This document shows positions 35,887 through 48,984 of a stretch of DNA of 64,000 nucleotides, in pieces. The DNA comes from Eutreptiella sp. 'Long Island Sound 2002' (lineage: Eukaryota; Protista; Euglenida). Both the position numbers and the translations under genes were made by a program. Positions within the stretch are counted from its first letter, which is position 1. Each line of letters starts with the position of its first letter. The stretch lies in contig OZ038378.1 of NCBI GenBank assembly GCA_964036045.1, positions 182,466,001-182,530,000 of the forward strand, written 5' to 3'. The notes beneath the pieces are model-generated. The model was not told where the DNA came from, did no database searches, and worked only from the letters and a program-made list of their open reading frames with translations.

Positions 35887-38800
35887 ACTGGCGATACTTT
35901 CGAGAGTCGTCAATCGCACGTACCATACTACACATCACCTTGGGTTATGCCATTGGCTGCAAACAGGCATGCAAGTTCCGTTATACAAGGCACACGGGGG
36001 TGGAGGGAGGTTCGGCACGCACAGGGGGGTCGACGCACACGAGGCGCATCGCGCGCATGGGGGGGGGGCATAACACTGAACCCTGGCAGTGCCTATTGGC
36101 CTCTCGCCACGTACCCTTGTTCTTTCTTGAACCCTTTCCCTCCCAAAGCAGTGGTGCCCATTGGCCTCTCCCCACATAGTGCCCTTGACTACCGGTCTTG
36201 CCTATCCTGGCCTCCCCGCACTCCCTTCCTTTCCCCGGGTATGTTGTGCCAATGGAGCCCCTGTCCCTGTTTCGGGGCGCCACGCAGGGGAGGACAACAG
36301 CCCTCACCATTGGCCAAGGTGCGTCTAGGCAGACACCCCACTCTGGCGATGGGAAACCCACCCCAACGGTGGCTGTTGGAATCTGATATGCCCACTTGCA
36401 GGGTCTCTTCCCCGACAGGGGCACATGACAACCTTCAACCTACCCTTTCCTGCCCTCAGTCCTCTTTTTGGCGAGCACATTAGGGGGGGGGGGGGCAGCC
36501 CTCAGATGTTGCAACTCTCTTGGTAGTTGGCGGCGTCCATCGACTTCTCGCCCACCGTTCTTGTTTCTCCATGGTGGCAGCAGTTGTAGATTGCACCAAC
36601 ACATTAAGGATCCGCACGGCAAAAAACTTCAGTGCAAAGTGCAAGCTCTGCCACAGCAAAGTGCCCCGCAACTCTATAGGAGCACAAATGGCGGGGCACT
36701 TTTGACTTCACCAGGCTTGCAGAATTAACAAGGGGTTAAAAGGGGGTCCAAAGGTGGTCCGTGCCTCGTGTAACAAGCCGCACCACTCCACCGAGACACT
36801 CCGCCGAAGCACTCAAGGCATGCAGGAATAATTGCGTGTACCAAAGACCTTGTTTTGAATTTGTTTGCTTTGCAACTTGTGCCCCAAGCCACATCAAGAA
36901 CTTTTGTGAAGGTTGGTGGAAGAATTCGTGAGCTCAAGGCTACTGGTAGTATGCGCGCCGTGCCGCGGCTTTTTGGAGGTTCTTTTTTGGGTTCGATCCA
37001 TTTCGAAGGTTAGGAAGGGGAGGGGGGGGTTCCACCTCAACCCTGATGCATGATCCAGTCCATTTGGGGGGGGGGTTCCTTCGAGGTTTGCTCCACAAAA
37101 CTCACCCTAGGGCGAAACATCGGATTGCCATTTTAATGATAACGATAATGTTGTTGATCCACAATAGAGTTCTTTGTTCTTGATCCAAAAAACACAATGA
37201 GGAAAGGCATTGATAAACAACAAAGTTCTACATTCACAACAAAGTTATTGATCTACAATTGGCAACAAACTTGATCAAATCTTGATCCAAAGAACACAAC
37301 GAGGAATGTCATTGATACACAACAAAGTTCTTGAGTCACATGCAACAAATTTGTTGATCCATAGTTTGCAACCACCTTAATTCTTGATCCAAAAAAGATG
37401 CAACAAACAACAAAGCATTTCATCCGAAAAAAAAGAGATAAAACCAATGTTGTTTACATCATTGCACCAATGTACACCACCAATTGGCAAACATGGATCA
37501 CAGGGGCAAGCGATATGCTGAAAAATACGTGGCTACAAGTGTGTATCTTTTTTGGAGGGCCGGTTTAGGACCAATTTTCAACAAATGCCTCCTTTTAGAG
37601 AAGGCTTGATAGAACAACCATCAATTATGAAGTGATCCGCAAATCAAGCCTGTTTTGTGTGCTCTGCTGAAGTAGTGGTCATATCCACATGGGATATTGA
37701 CACACCTATTCAAAGTCGGCCACACAAGAAACGTTGTGAGTAAGCACGATGTTGGTGGCACGCATAGACAAAGGTACCGGTAATCACACATACATTTTGC
37801 CCCTAATTTCAACTACTTTGCTTGGAGTCCTCTTTAGCTTGTGTCTAGTGTGATGTTGCCGGCAGTAACACGGAGCAAGAAGCCACGTGTGCAAATGGCA
37901 ATGGCAACAAGAAGGCAACACCACTGCTCTTGCCGGTGCCAGCGTTGTGGTGCCAATGTCCACTCCAACGAATGATGCCAACGCAGCAAACATGGGCCAT
38001 TGTGCCACGTGCGCTAAACACCATCAAACGACAGCAGCATAGCAAACGTGGGCCCTAGTGCCATGTGCGCTGCACACCAACTATACCTTCTTCACAGTTT
38101 TGCTTCACACTCCATCTTGCAATTGTACATGTGCTTCCATTCCATATCTCTACCCAAGTGCTTTTAAAAAAAAGCAACGCATAGCGAGCAACATAGCTGT
38201 TACACAGCTTGCCATCAACCGCCAACATATTGGGGGGTGTAGGAAGTGGGGAGGGGGGGGCAGGGGGTTGTACACCAACCCAACCCGATCCATACTGATT
38301 CGTGTGTAGGAGCTTGAGAGCGTGCATTCTCTAGGTTTGGTCATGCTTAGTGAAGACAAACAAACTACTTTGCGCAAAAGAAAGACCATAGTGGGCTTTC
38401 TTGCTACACACAATCTAATTCCCACTGTAGTCATTGTAGTCATTGCAGTCTAGGGCTTTTCAGCTCGGTCCTTGTAGGCAAGGGCACTGCAGGAACAGTG
38501 CGGTGCAACAAAGCCACGTCGTCACGTGCACTTTGGGACACAAGCACAACACGCGGGCATGAGACTCAGAGCGGTGTTGTCGTCGCACCATTGACTATGT
38601 GCAATCTAATGGATTTTCATCCAATGCTTGCCATCCGTGGAGTTACCGTTGCGTGTGCAAAGGAAAATAAGGCTATCGCATACTAGAGGGGCACCAAGTC
38701 ATAAAACAAACAAAGCACCAAACGAAAATTGATCACATAGCCATTAGCCGCAGTGTAGCACAAGAGCAGAGCCTGGGTGAGTGCATAGGCAGATATAACT

Positions 38801-40347
38801 ATCATACCCGTTGCTTGTTCTCACATGCATGGACAACCTTCACTTTTGTGTATCATTCTATCATTAGTACTGCATTATATCATCCACACACCGGACTTTG
38901 CATGGAGTGCGGCACACTTCTAGGGAGAAAGCACAACACAAAAAATCAAGCCCCCCCCCCATGTACCAATGATTACCAGTCTTAAATCACCGCCCCTCGT
39001 GAAGCGAAGCACTTCTCAAGATTTCAAGGTTGGGGTTTTGTGGATGCTGTCGTTGGGTGCATTTTTCAGGCGAAGCGCCTCACTTGGGGGGTGAAATTGC
39101 AGATGGTTATGTTACTACACACAAAGGGTGAGCAATGGTTCAAATAAATGCACACCCCAAAGACCACAACCCCTCATATCACATGTACACAAAGCACAAG
39201 CATTGTTGTTGCCGGAATGTAGGGCCTGTGCAAGTTGGGAACCGTGCCGCAAGTTAGCATCAAAACCGCATGTGGTGCTTGTTGGGTATTCGCGGTGCAA
39301 TGGATTATGGGGGGGTTGGGTTTTTTAATTTTTGCAAAGTCTCTTACTTTGCTATGCATAGGGTGCAAAGTCTAGGGTTGGGGTTTTAGACCTTGCTCAA
39401 GGGCTTGGTTTTTGTCAACCTTGCACTTGGTTATGGGTTGTTGACTTCCTATGTTTGGTAGTGAGGATATGACACTTACGGAGTGAAACGATTGGCTTAC
39501 GGCTGGGATCACACTTGTGGATGGGTCACCTCATGGTTGGATTTGATGTCCACGTGTAGTACCCACTTGTGCTTTGGCGCTTCAGGCGAATTAATATTCG
39601 CTTCATACCACGCTTAAGTTCCTCATCTGGTAATTTTCTTGACGACGAATGTTCACACAACCATTGTCACCCGAATGACAAACTTGGTTTGGATACAGAA
39701 TTGAAGAATGCGGAATGTCCTTCTCTCTTTGTGGTTAATCATGCATATGCACATGGTCGACGTGTGCGGGGGGTTTTCGTGTGAAGCAAGAGGGGGTTGA
39801 ATGCCAAGTATCACGCTGTACGGTGTCTTCCAATTTGATATTCGGGGGTTCCATGTGGTAGCCTTTGCCATTGAGAGAGGAAGGCCCATCTTGTGCCTCT
39901 CCTTCGCCTTCGGTCTTCTTGCAGAAACGCGCAATCAAGTGGTCAATGGCAAGCAAAACTTCTTTAGTGGGAGTCCCATAACACTGAATGAAACAATGTA
40001 GCAAAAGTGGCTTTCGGTTTTGCTTGTTAAGCAGTTTATCTTGTGGTCTCCAACCCCAATCCAAGACCACAGCAATCTCCCGAAGCGCCAGGTGGGTACT
40101 ACACGTGGGCATCAAACCTCAAACTTGGCTATCCGTGGTGGCGGCTCGGAGATTGGCCGCCCCCCACAACACCGCTGGCACCGCTGCTCAAGCCCCGCGC
40201 TAGGACGCTGCTGGGATGGCCATGGGAGCCTGCCTTCATGCAAGCCATTCTAAGCTGGGAGGCGAGCCTCATTTGGTCTATAGTAGGCAAGGGACACATC
40301 ACGACTAATCCCTTAAATGAACATGCCAAGGGAAGAGGAAGGAGAGG

Positions 40348-40697
40348 AGTATGACTCTCCTGTTCGGGGATCGAACTCAGGTCGCCGAGTTGTTAGTCAA
40401 GTGTTTTACCGCTCAACTATGCTCCAGGGATAATAACACATGCTGTTGGCGCGGCACCACCCAATCTCTTAGGCTCTGCCACTTGCCCCCAGTGTGTTGA
40501 TATCCCCTTCCTCGCTTTGTCGTCCGTTGTTCTGTCTCAGTCCGGTGGTGTATTGTAGGGCACCATCCCCCTTGGTCGTCGCGGCTTTGCTCGCTCCTGT
40601 CTCTTCTTGATTTATCTCGTATGGTCTTGAGCACACTTCCAGTGCCTGCACACGAGTGGGTCAAGTATGACTCTCCTGTTCGGGGATCGAACTCAGG
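40348..40697 (-). mobile_element. tRNA-Val(AAC)-derived SINE-like retroposon with terminal redundancy and imperfect TSD
   Basis: Minus strand 40430-40355 has A-box TAGTTGAGCGG, a CT-AAC-A anticodon loop and B-box GAGTTCGATCCC, but broken stems. An identical 34-bp direct repeat lies at 40348-40381 and 40664-40697. Flanks are GAAGAGGAAGGAGAGG (40332-40347) and GAAGGGGAAGGAGAGG (40703-40718). Confidence 0.8.
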
Positions 40698-42930
40698 AAG
40701 AAGAAGGGGAAGGAGAGGCACAAGACGGGTCTGGACCATGTCCAGAGCCGTCTTGTGCCCCGACTGAGTAGAGGTGCTAGAGGTTCCTAACGAAAATGGA
40801 AACCGTGACATCACCAACAAAGGGAGGGTGGGAGCACTTTCCTTTGATATAGAGAGGCCTGCTACACCTTTTTTTTGCTTGGCCCGCCCACCAAAGTGTC
40901 TGGATGGATGTTACTGCCCCGAAGCCCAGTCTGGTTACCAGAGCTGCAGAATTTCTCACTCCCTCCTACCATAATATCGATGTCATGCTTGCACCATTGG
41001 TGTACGGTGTTCGGTGATGCCCCCCCCCCCCTATTTTGACGATGCCGGAACCCATGGAATCGTCCCCAGGCCTTCAAATTTCCTTTAGCAGGCACAAACA
41101 ACAAAAGATGGACCGCAAAGCACAGCAGAGCAACAAAACAGGAATGGAACCACCATGTTAATCCAAGAAACGCGCCGGGGTCACAATTGTGCGTCCGCTA
41201 CGCCTTTGTTGAAGTGGTGCCGTGGAAGGCGTCGAATTTGCCTTGGTGCGTTTCGACCGCGGCCCTGACGAAAAATCGAGTACCTACAGTCGATTCGACG
41301 AAAATCTAAATAGTGCACCGGGTAAACCAACAGTCAAAAAACACGATCCCAGCTCCTCGGCCTCCAATCTGGCAAAAATTTCGAGAAATTTCCAAAACTC
41401 TGGAACTCGCGCGCGAGTCTCATTTGCCGAGGTTTTCCCTTAGCACCTCTAGACTGAGCCTTCGCTTTCGAAGCGCATGCGCATGTAGGCTAACTATAAC
41501 CGATAGGAACTGGAGCGCTTGCCATGCAAGTACAAAAATAAACCATGGCACCTTGAGTTGGCAATACTAAAAGCCATTGCGTACGACACTTTGTGGAACA
41601 AACTAATCATTGCTTGGCGCACTCGTAAACATCACCCATGCTCCGCAAGGTCACATCGTACGCTTCCGTACGGTATCTGTACACAAGCGTTCAAGATCAA
41701 GCGAAACCCCTTTTATTTGAGTTGTTTGGGCTGAAGGGCCGCCCCTCAAAGTATTCACATGGCAGAAGACGAGCGTTCCAATGGAAGGCTCTTGGATCGC
41801 GTGGACGGAAGAATTGGTTGGAGCGCGCAGCACTCGTCACCGGCGCAGCGAGGCACGAAGAACGTGACCATACTTGTGGCACATTCAAGAGATGCATGGA
41901 CGACATTTGCATTTGAAATTTTGTTTAATTGTCACGCTCTTAGAATCCATTAAACGAACATGCTACATTTCTTCCTTGTGTACTCCCGCTATGGCTTTCA
42001 TCTTGTGCCTTCGCCACTGACGAGTCCTGCGTGTGTACTCTTGTCCCGACTACGGAGATGCCAACAAACCATTGCCTCAAGCCGATCGGTGCCATGAGTA
42101 TGAATCCAACGAAACATGCTTGTGTCACTCGCCACCGAGAGATTCGGGGAAACTGGAAAGGAGCGAAGGGAACATTCTACGCTTATTTTGGGGCCCATTG
42201 ATGGCCTTTGTCATCACAAACCCATGCATTGTGCACTTTGTAAATTTGTGTTTTACGCAACACATTATCAATGATGCATGCCAAAGAACTTACACCCACC
42301 CGTTACGAGCATAATCATCAAAGCGAGCCGCAAATGCAGAAAGAATGCATTCAAAGGGCAACCCTAGCTTTTCAACCAGCTCGCCGGACCGCACAAGAAG
42401 TGCCGACCACCTCTTCCACGGCGACGGCGATTCCGCCTTGCCTCATGAACCACGCATTCTCCCCACGGATGGCGGGTTGTAAGGAATGTGGGAGTTCCAA
42501 AAGAAAGTAAAGTATGGCTCATCGGTTTGCTAGGCCGGCACTAGGGCGGGGTCCTGGTCATCCGTGAATGTAACCTTGCATAGGGACCCCCGCCGGGAGT
42601 CCTCCTTTCTTCCTTTCCCTTGGGGGCGCTGCTTGGGTTGACTGAGGTCTGTCGCCTTCGGCTTTTGTTTGGCCTTCTGCAACTTGCGCCGCCGCTACCA
42701 GCCCTATGTTTTTGGGCCCACCGAGCCTCGCTGTACTTCCGAACGCGCTGCAGGTGACACCACACCCTATAAGCCCAGTAAAGGAAAGGCTTGGGGCCGC
42801 GACATGTGACACACGCCGGCAAAGGATACACCATGATATACACGATTGAGACGGTGCGGAGTATTCTTGCGTGATTGCCGCCCATGTAGCATACAATAGA
42901 AGGCACATATCACGGGAACATGGAAAGCCG

Positions 42931-43583
42931 GGGACTAGGCAGGGGGGGGATTATTTCCGGACCTCCGATCCACGAACCGCGCCGATCCTTGGGGGGAGGG
43001 GGGGCTTCCGGGACCTGTGATCTACGATCCATGGTACGATGCATGGTCCAACCCACTGCCATGGACAACGTAGAGTGAGGAGATAGGTTGTCAATTGGAG
43101 TGTACTCGCAACATATGGTGTACATTGTACAAGCATGTGAAGAAAAATTTTAATCAAGAAGCATTTTTGGATCGTTTTTGCTTTGCCACACCACCACACT
43201 AGGTGCAGTGTGAACAATTTTTTTTGAAGAATCATGTGTGGATCGATTTTTTGCTTTGTTTGCGTGCCACACCCCAACACCAGATGCACTTTGGCCATGT
43301 AAGTATCGAAACTAACATGTTTTATGTATGTGCAGTGGGACCCTGTTGTTGCCAAGAGTAGGGTTGTGGCTTTAGCCCAAATATCTCAATTTGTGGTCAT
43401 GTGTTTGCTTACTGTGGCTTCCATGCCTTCCTTTTTTTTGTTGGTTTTTGAAATTTTCGGTCTGCGCACCCAGGCCGGGGGGGGGGGGGGGGCTTCGGAC
43501 CTCCGATCCACGACCGCGCCGATCTTGGGGGGGGGGGGGGGTTCCGGCACCTCCGATCCACCGTGATCGGATTGCCTAGTCCC
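42931..43583. mobile_element. Probable MITE with subterminal GGACCTCCGATCCACGA repeats
   Basis: 11-bp inverted termini GGGACTAGGCA / TGCCTAGTCCC. No TSD recognised. Confidence 0.55.
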
Positions 43584-43657
43584 TACCGAGTGCCAACGCG
43601 CAAATTGAGCTCGCTTCATGTGCCTTGAAAGTCGATCAAGCGCTGTGCAAGGCGAGG

Positions 43658-44078
43658 GAGCTTACCCAGCCACGGAGGGGGGGGAAGGGGGGGGGGGGCT
43701 GGGCCGTGCCGTGCCACGCTGCCGCCACATAGGGTGTGTCGTGTCACACCCGGCCGCCGCTGTGTTGTGTTGTCTTGTGTTGTGCTATGCTCTGTTGTGT
43801 TGTGTTGTCCGGTATTGGATTCTGCCTCTGTGATTTTTGCTCTCTAGATCTCTAGATCACATGATGATGACCTATGTCCCTTGTGCCGCCATGACATCGG
43901 GGGGGGGGGGGGGGCGATGGCACGGTACGCAATGCAATGGTTCATGTACGAGGGTGATTGGCACTTGTGTCACCTGCGTCACCTGTGTCGGGCGTGCCAC
44001 CATGACATGGAGGGGGGGGGGGGGAGGGGGGGCCATTGGAAAGTGTGCCGCAGCACGTGCCGTGACATGGGTAAGCTC
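43658..44078. mobile_element. ~420-bp MITE with GAGCTTACCCA termini
   Basis: TIR GAGCTTACCCA / TGGGTAAGCTC, flanked by CGAGG (43653-43657 and 44079-44083). Internal GCCGTGCCAC/GTGACA motifs. Confidence 0.75.
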
Positions 44079-45364
44079 CGAGGGCGGTGAGAGGTTTAGC
44101 TTGTGAAACCCAAAGGTCATCCAACGGCCGCATTGGCGTCATAGTGGGGTCCGGGGTTGATTGCACACATTGGCATTGCTCGGCACAATTGTTGCACGTG
44201 GTGACAGCCACGTGTTGCATAGGGTGTAGACTCACATAGGACATCGTGGGGTTGTAGATTGTTTGGGTGGTGAGAGTGAGTTGGGCCGCAAAGCGACAAA
44301 CTATGTTCGATACTATACATGCACGTTGAGGCACTGTGTGGAGCCAAACGGTGCTTGTGCAAACCGGTCAACAAGCACATAGATGTCTATGATGTCCGGT
44401 AGTGTGGTGTTTAGGTCCCAAATGCACCCAATGGACAATTGTGACGTTTGGCGCTCCTTGCTGCCTGCCCTTTTTCCAAGTCATTATGGTACGCCTGGTC
44501 CGCACAAGACGTTGTAGATAACCTCCAGTCCCTTGTGTGGAACCTAGTATTGGGAGGGTATCCACAGTCCTAGTGGAAACCATCGTTTCACCGTTGCTGG
44601 GAAAAATACCGGCTGATCAGGATTTTTCCCCTGAACCAAATGCATGAATGGATCCGTCAAGCGAGGAAGTGCTAGGGTTCCAGATGACACCAGCCCATGA
44701 TCTGTTATGTACAGGGGCAGGTTATCTCTGGGTAAGGGGGTGGGTCTTCCTTTTTACGGATCTCGGTTTTTTAATTTGATTTCTCTGGTCTTTGGTGATG
44801 GTGGACAGTGCGTTGTTGTTGTATGTTTTTGATGTGTGCTCGCCTTTTCCGAAGGCGTGACTACATGATTTATGGATGACGATAAGCATAGACAAACGAA
44901 AGGCCCGTGTCGGGGTATGAATGTGTGTGCGTATGGGCGAAGTATCGGACCACGGGGAGAGTCAACACGAGAGGGCCCGGGAACCAAAGCAGCCTACATT
45001 CTTACACGGTGTGGAGTACAACTAGCCTGCATGGGCATGTTTGTATGCGTGCATAGTGCGGGGAGCCTTGCCCACGGTGCCAGAGGATAATCCAGACTTC
45101 GCCTTCCCTGTGGTTTGTTACACTTCAGCCTATGGCCGGCCACTGACGAGTTTGTCTTTCGTGTGCTTGCGTGCCCGTGACCATTCGGCCCTGTTTCACA
45201 TCTCTTGAGCCGAATGATATGATCATCTGAGGACTTGCTTGCTCTGTGTGTTTTACTTTTACAGCCTACAAGCTATGTTGAGTGCATGTTTTGCCGCTTG
45301 CGCTCTGCCGCATGACTCTCCTCGACCATCTCTCATTCGGTGCAGGGTCTATTCTATTTATTAG

Positions 45365-46510
45365 ATGATTGTCAATGAGGCTTGGGTGCAAGAGAAGTTG
45401 GCAAACCCGACGATCATGAAGATTGAAGAAACAGCAATGGTGCAGGGAATGTCAGGGTCAACAATGCGGAAGTTCAGGTGCCTCGACGGCGCCAACAAAG
45501 AGGTCGTGGTGGTGGTGGTTAAAGAAAGCCCCGAACGTAACGGCAACGAGTTTGGCCTGACTCGGGAGGTGCATTTCTACAACGATTTGCGGCCGGCTCT
45601 CACAGAGTGCCTCCGTATGCCTCGGATTTTCTTTGCGGAAGCAGACGACACCACGGGGGCGAAAGTGATCCTAATGGAGCATTTTGATGACGCTTGCATC
45701 CAAGCAGGATACTTCTTCGACCCAAGGCAACCGAACAATTGGGAGAAGAATGTGGAAGAGATCACTTCTAGCAGTGATTTCACTCCAAGTCGCGTGCTCA
45801 ACAATATCTTTGAGGGGATCGCGAACCTGCATGGGAGGTATTGGAACTCCCAAAGTTTGAGGGGAAAGAAGTATCTCCGGGGCAACAACTGGACTGAAGA
45901 TTCATGGAACGTAGGCCAGAACAGCTCCATAGATGCCTACCGAAGAGAGAGGGCGAAAACCTTTTTCGCTCAAGGAAAATGGTCCGGGCTAAAACGGCTC
46001 CTAGAGGCGTCTCATGCCAAGATCAGCTTCGAAAGCTACAAGGACTGGGCCGCCTCCCGCGCTTTCACCCTGGTGCATGGTGACTTCCACCCAGGGAACA
46101 TGCTCATCCTTCCCGCCGACACTGCGGATGGCAAACGTTCAGACATTGATCGATGCTGCTTCCTAGACTGGGAGATGGTGGGTGTGGGCTCTGGGTCACA
46201 GGAATTGGGGCAGTTCATGATCAGCCACCCGACTAGTGTTTTCCGTAGGGAGCATGAGCAAGCTGCAGTACGCGCCTATTATGACCATTTAGTGACAGTG
46301 ATGCCTGCCGATGATGCTAGTCGATACACATTTGAGCAGTGTTGGCAAGAATATGTGTTTGGTGGCCTGGGCAAGTGGCTATGGTTCATGCCCATCCTGG
46401 CAGACATGCTTCCTGTACCTGTTGTTGACTATTTTGCGGAAAAGGTGCTGGATTTTTGCCATGATCATGGTATTACTGTTGACAATGTCCCCATGCCACG
46501 GTTCTTCTAA
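45365..46510 (+). CDS. APH/choline kinase-like (EcKinase-type) phosphotransferase, 381 aa, intronless
   Basis: Clean ORF with VVVKES (ATP-binding Lys), REVHFY, ILME, Brenner motif TLVHGDFHPGN, FLDWE, G.G.QELGQF and YTFEQCWQEY. Confidence 0.93.
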   Translation: MIVNEAWVQEKLANPTIMKIEETAMVQGMSGSTMRKFRCLDGANKEVVVVVVKESPERNGNEFGLTREVHFYNDLRPALTECLRMPRIFFAEADDTTGAKVILMEHFDDACIQAGYFFDPRQPNNWEKNVEEITSSSDFTPSRVLNNIFEGIANLHGRYWNSQSLRGKKYLRGNNWTEDSWNVGQNSSIDAYRRERAKTFFAQGKWSGLKRLLEASHAKISFESYKDWAASRAFTLVHGDFHPGNMLILPADTADGKRSDIDRCCFLDWEMVGVGSGSQELGQFMISHPTSVFRREHEQAAVRAYYDHLVTVMPADDASRYTFEQCWQEYVFGGLGKWLWFMPILADMLPVPVVDYFAEKVLDFCHDHGITVDNVPMPRFF

Positions 46511-46974
46511 TTGTGTGCCATGAATCCCAAAACGAGGCAAGTTGCAAGTCAAGGCCATGTTCATGCTTCGTGCATGCCTAATGACACCCATCCCCAAAGG
46601 TATCCCGAAATACTGCTATATCCGCACTAGAAACCAGCACCAGCGGTCCTCAATCCTTGTGAAGGTCCATTGAGCTGTAATACGCGGGGATTCCAGAAAA
46701 ACCGACGGCCTAAGGGGCACAGTCATGGGGGACAATCCTTCGACAATTGAATGGGCAGCCCCTCCCACACACACACACACACACACATTGCCACCGTGGT
46801 GGTGGGGCGGGGGGGGGGGAAGGCAGCATGGAGAGCGTAAAATAATCGCGAGGTTGTGTTGATCAATGTGCGTTCGGCAAAATTTTTGAGCCAGGGGGGG
46901 GGGTGCTATAAAGGCTGAGTACGTGTGCCGGCTGGTACTTCCAGGTAGACACACTGGTTTTGCGGTTCCAGGAA

Positions 46975-47095
46975 TGAATGGTTTACATTGCTTGTCCCAA
47001 GCCACTGGGGAAGTGTATTGTTACGAGGTGGGAGTGGGACAGTTGTCCCTCTGCTCGAAAGTGCTGCTTCTGCCCTCTAGTGTCCCTCCCATACC
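46975..47095 (+). repeat. Dispersed repeat, second copy at ~21345-21445
   Basis: ACATTGC.TGT.CCAAGCCACTGG...AAGTGTATT...GTGGGACAGTTGTCCC...AAGTGCTGCTTCTGCCCT is present at both loci. Confidence 0.85.
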
Positions 47096-47099
47096 AGTG

Positions 47100-48420
47100 C
47101 CGCATGCTTCAAATTCTGTCTTTCGCAGGACATAAGTTTGGAGGGTGCTCTCCACCGCTGATGTGGGAAATGCCACGCAGGACCAGGGGTTTCTGGATCA
47201 CCAAGTGTTTTCAGGTCTGCAGCATTTCTGGGCATTTTGCTCTGGGTTTTTTTCCTTTTCTGGAGCAAGCATCCACGCCTGGGGTAAGTAACACTTCAGC
47301 CTTGCTGCGGGCCGATACCTGGTTGTTGGTCCGAACGCTCAAGGGGGATTTCTGGGTCTCAGAGCCATCGGCAGCACTTCCGGTTAGACCGTTGGTCTAC
47401 CTAGGCCTTTGCTGAAGGTGGATCCCACTGGATGGCTCAGGGCCTGTGGATTGGTGGGTTGGAGGGCTGACCCCCTCTCCGATGTCAGTGGAGATGGGTC
47501 GTTCGGCATGGGTCAGCCAGGGCCCCAACATGACCCCCACTCGGGCCCCCCGTCACTCAGCAGTGCTTGTGCCCGCAATGCTCTCCCACAGGAAATGGAG
47601 GAAGCCGTAGCCATGGAACCATTCCCGAGGTATTGGGCTTTCCTGATCTGCAAGTCGCTGAGGCTTTCGCTGGTCCCGTCCGAAGCCACTCTTCCGCCCC
47701 CCCATCCTTTTTTGTTGCTCGCAGTCTGGGACTCGGTCCTCGTCCTAACGACACGAGCCCATTCAGCTGCTGACTTTGTGTCCAGGTCAGTGAAGTGCCT
47801 TTTCAAGATGGCCTTTGGGGTGGCCAGCTGGGGGTTGCCACTAAATCAGCTGCTCCTTCCCCGCCTGGCAGGGGGCTGCGCTATCTTGCTGCCTGGAGGC
47901 GGGTTCAACATTCAATCAGGCTTGTTTTGCCCCAGGTTTGGCCTCAACCCTCGGATTTCCTCTGATCAGGCCCGCACGGATTTGTAGGCATGCATGGGAC
48001 AATATGGAGTAATTGAAGAAGCACCCACATACCTGCAAATGGCCCCATTCTATGTGCCTGAATGGGTTAGATCGCCCTTGTTCTGAACAGCCACAGTAAG
48101 GCTCGGCGGTCCATACCACTGCCCAATTCCAGCACAAGTGACCCCCCGCCCCCCGAATGGCGATTTCCCAGCTTTTTGACCAAGCGCTGTAACCCAGACC
48201 TAATAAGTTCAGGCATATTGTCAAATCCAACTATCTCATATGTTCGATGAGCCTTTAAAGGATACGACCTTCCCCGACAATTCTGAACCACTACTACGTC
48301 TCAATTTTAATAAGGCACAATCTTATGTTAACCCAGCAACCGGGCTAAAGTTAACAACTAGGTCTTGAGCTGGGGGGTTACCATTTTCCAATATTTACCC
48401 TGCATTCGCTTATGGGCGCA
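47100..48420 (-). pseudogene. Degenerate L1/Tx1-like LINE fragment (RT C-terminal region)
   Basis: FSPVAGLT*DCALLKLR resembles F...SGL.IN..K..LL, followed by GGGSLVLELGSGMDRRALLWLFR (a GGLG..L...AL..W-like block). Multiple stops. Confidence 0.5.
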
Positions 48421-48984
48421 CAACTGCGTCACAAAAAAAAGGCAGGTTGTCCTGTTGTTTTGAATATTGCTCACTCTGTTTGTCTTGCAAGACTGCTCCT
48501 GCCTGCCTTTGCATTTCAAATGGGTTGCGGGTCAGGCAAAGACTATGGTTTTTTGCAAGTTGCATTTTTTCGCACATAATGCACAAAGTGGGCAGTTTAG
48601 GCCACCTATGCCAGATATCAGTGACAAACTGATGAACAGCTCGACCAGCCCGATGTTGTGTAAGTCTTGCCATCAGGAACAAAGATAACGCACCCTGGAC
48701 TTAAGGACTCTTCATGTGGAGAAATGTAAAACCGATGTTCACAGCGAAAGGGTCCACAAAAAACCTGCTGAAGCGGAATAAGTACTGATACATTGCTTGC
48801 TTTTGTTCCGAAACTAAATAATCTTGTCGCCAGGGAATGACAGTGCAATGGAATGGGAACCATGCAAACAAGATCTCTGCACCCAGTTCCACGCCCACGT
48901 GGATAGAAATTTCAGAGTGCCAGAGTAGGCTGGATTGGCGAAGCATCCAACATCATCTGTTTTCATAGATTGTAATTTGTTTTA

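Noticed and set aside
40355-40430. Functional tRNA-Val(AAC) gene
   Set aside because: The acceptor, anticodon and T stems pair poorly; it is better explained as a SINE head.
40348-40697. Bacterial-style attL/attR integration at a tRNA 3' end
   Set aside because: The partial copy lies upstream of the full tRNA-like sequence, there is no integrase, and an outer TSD-like duplication points to retrotransposition.
41500-42510. Possible Mutator-like transposase remnant (HNH-containing short ORF)
   Set aside because: ORFs are short and fragmented with no DDE motifs identifiable by eye.
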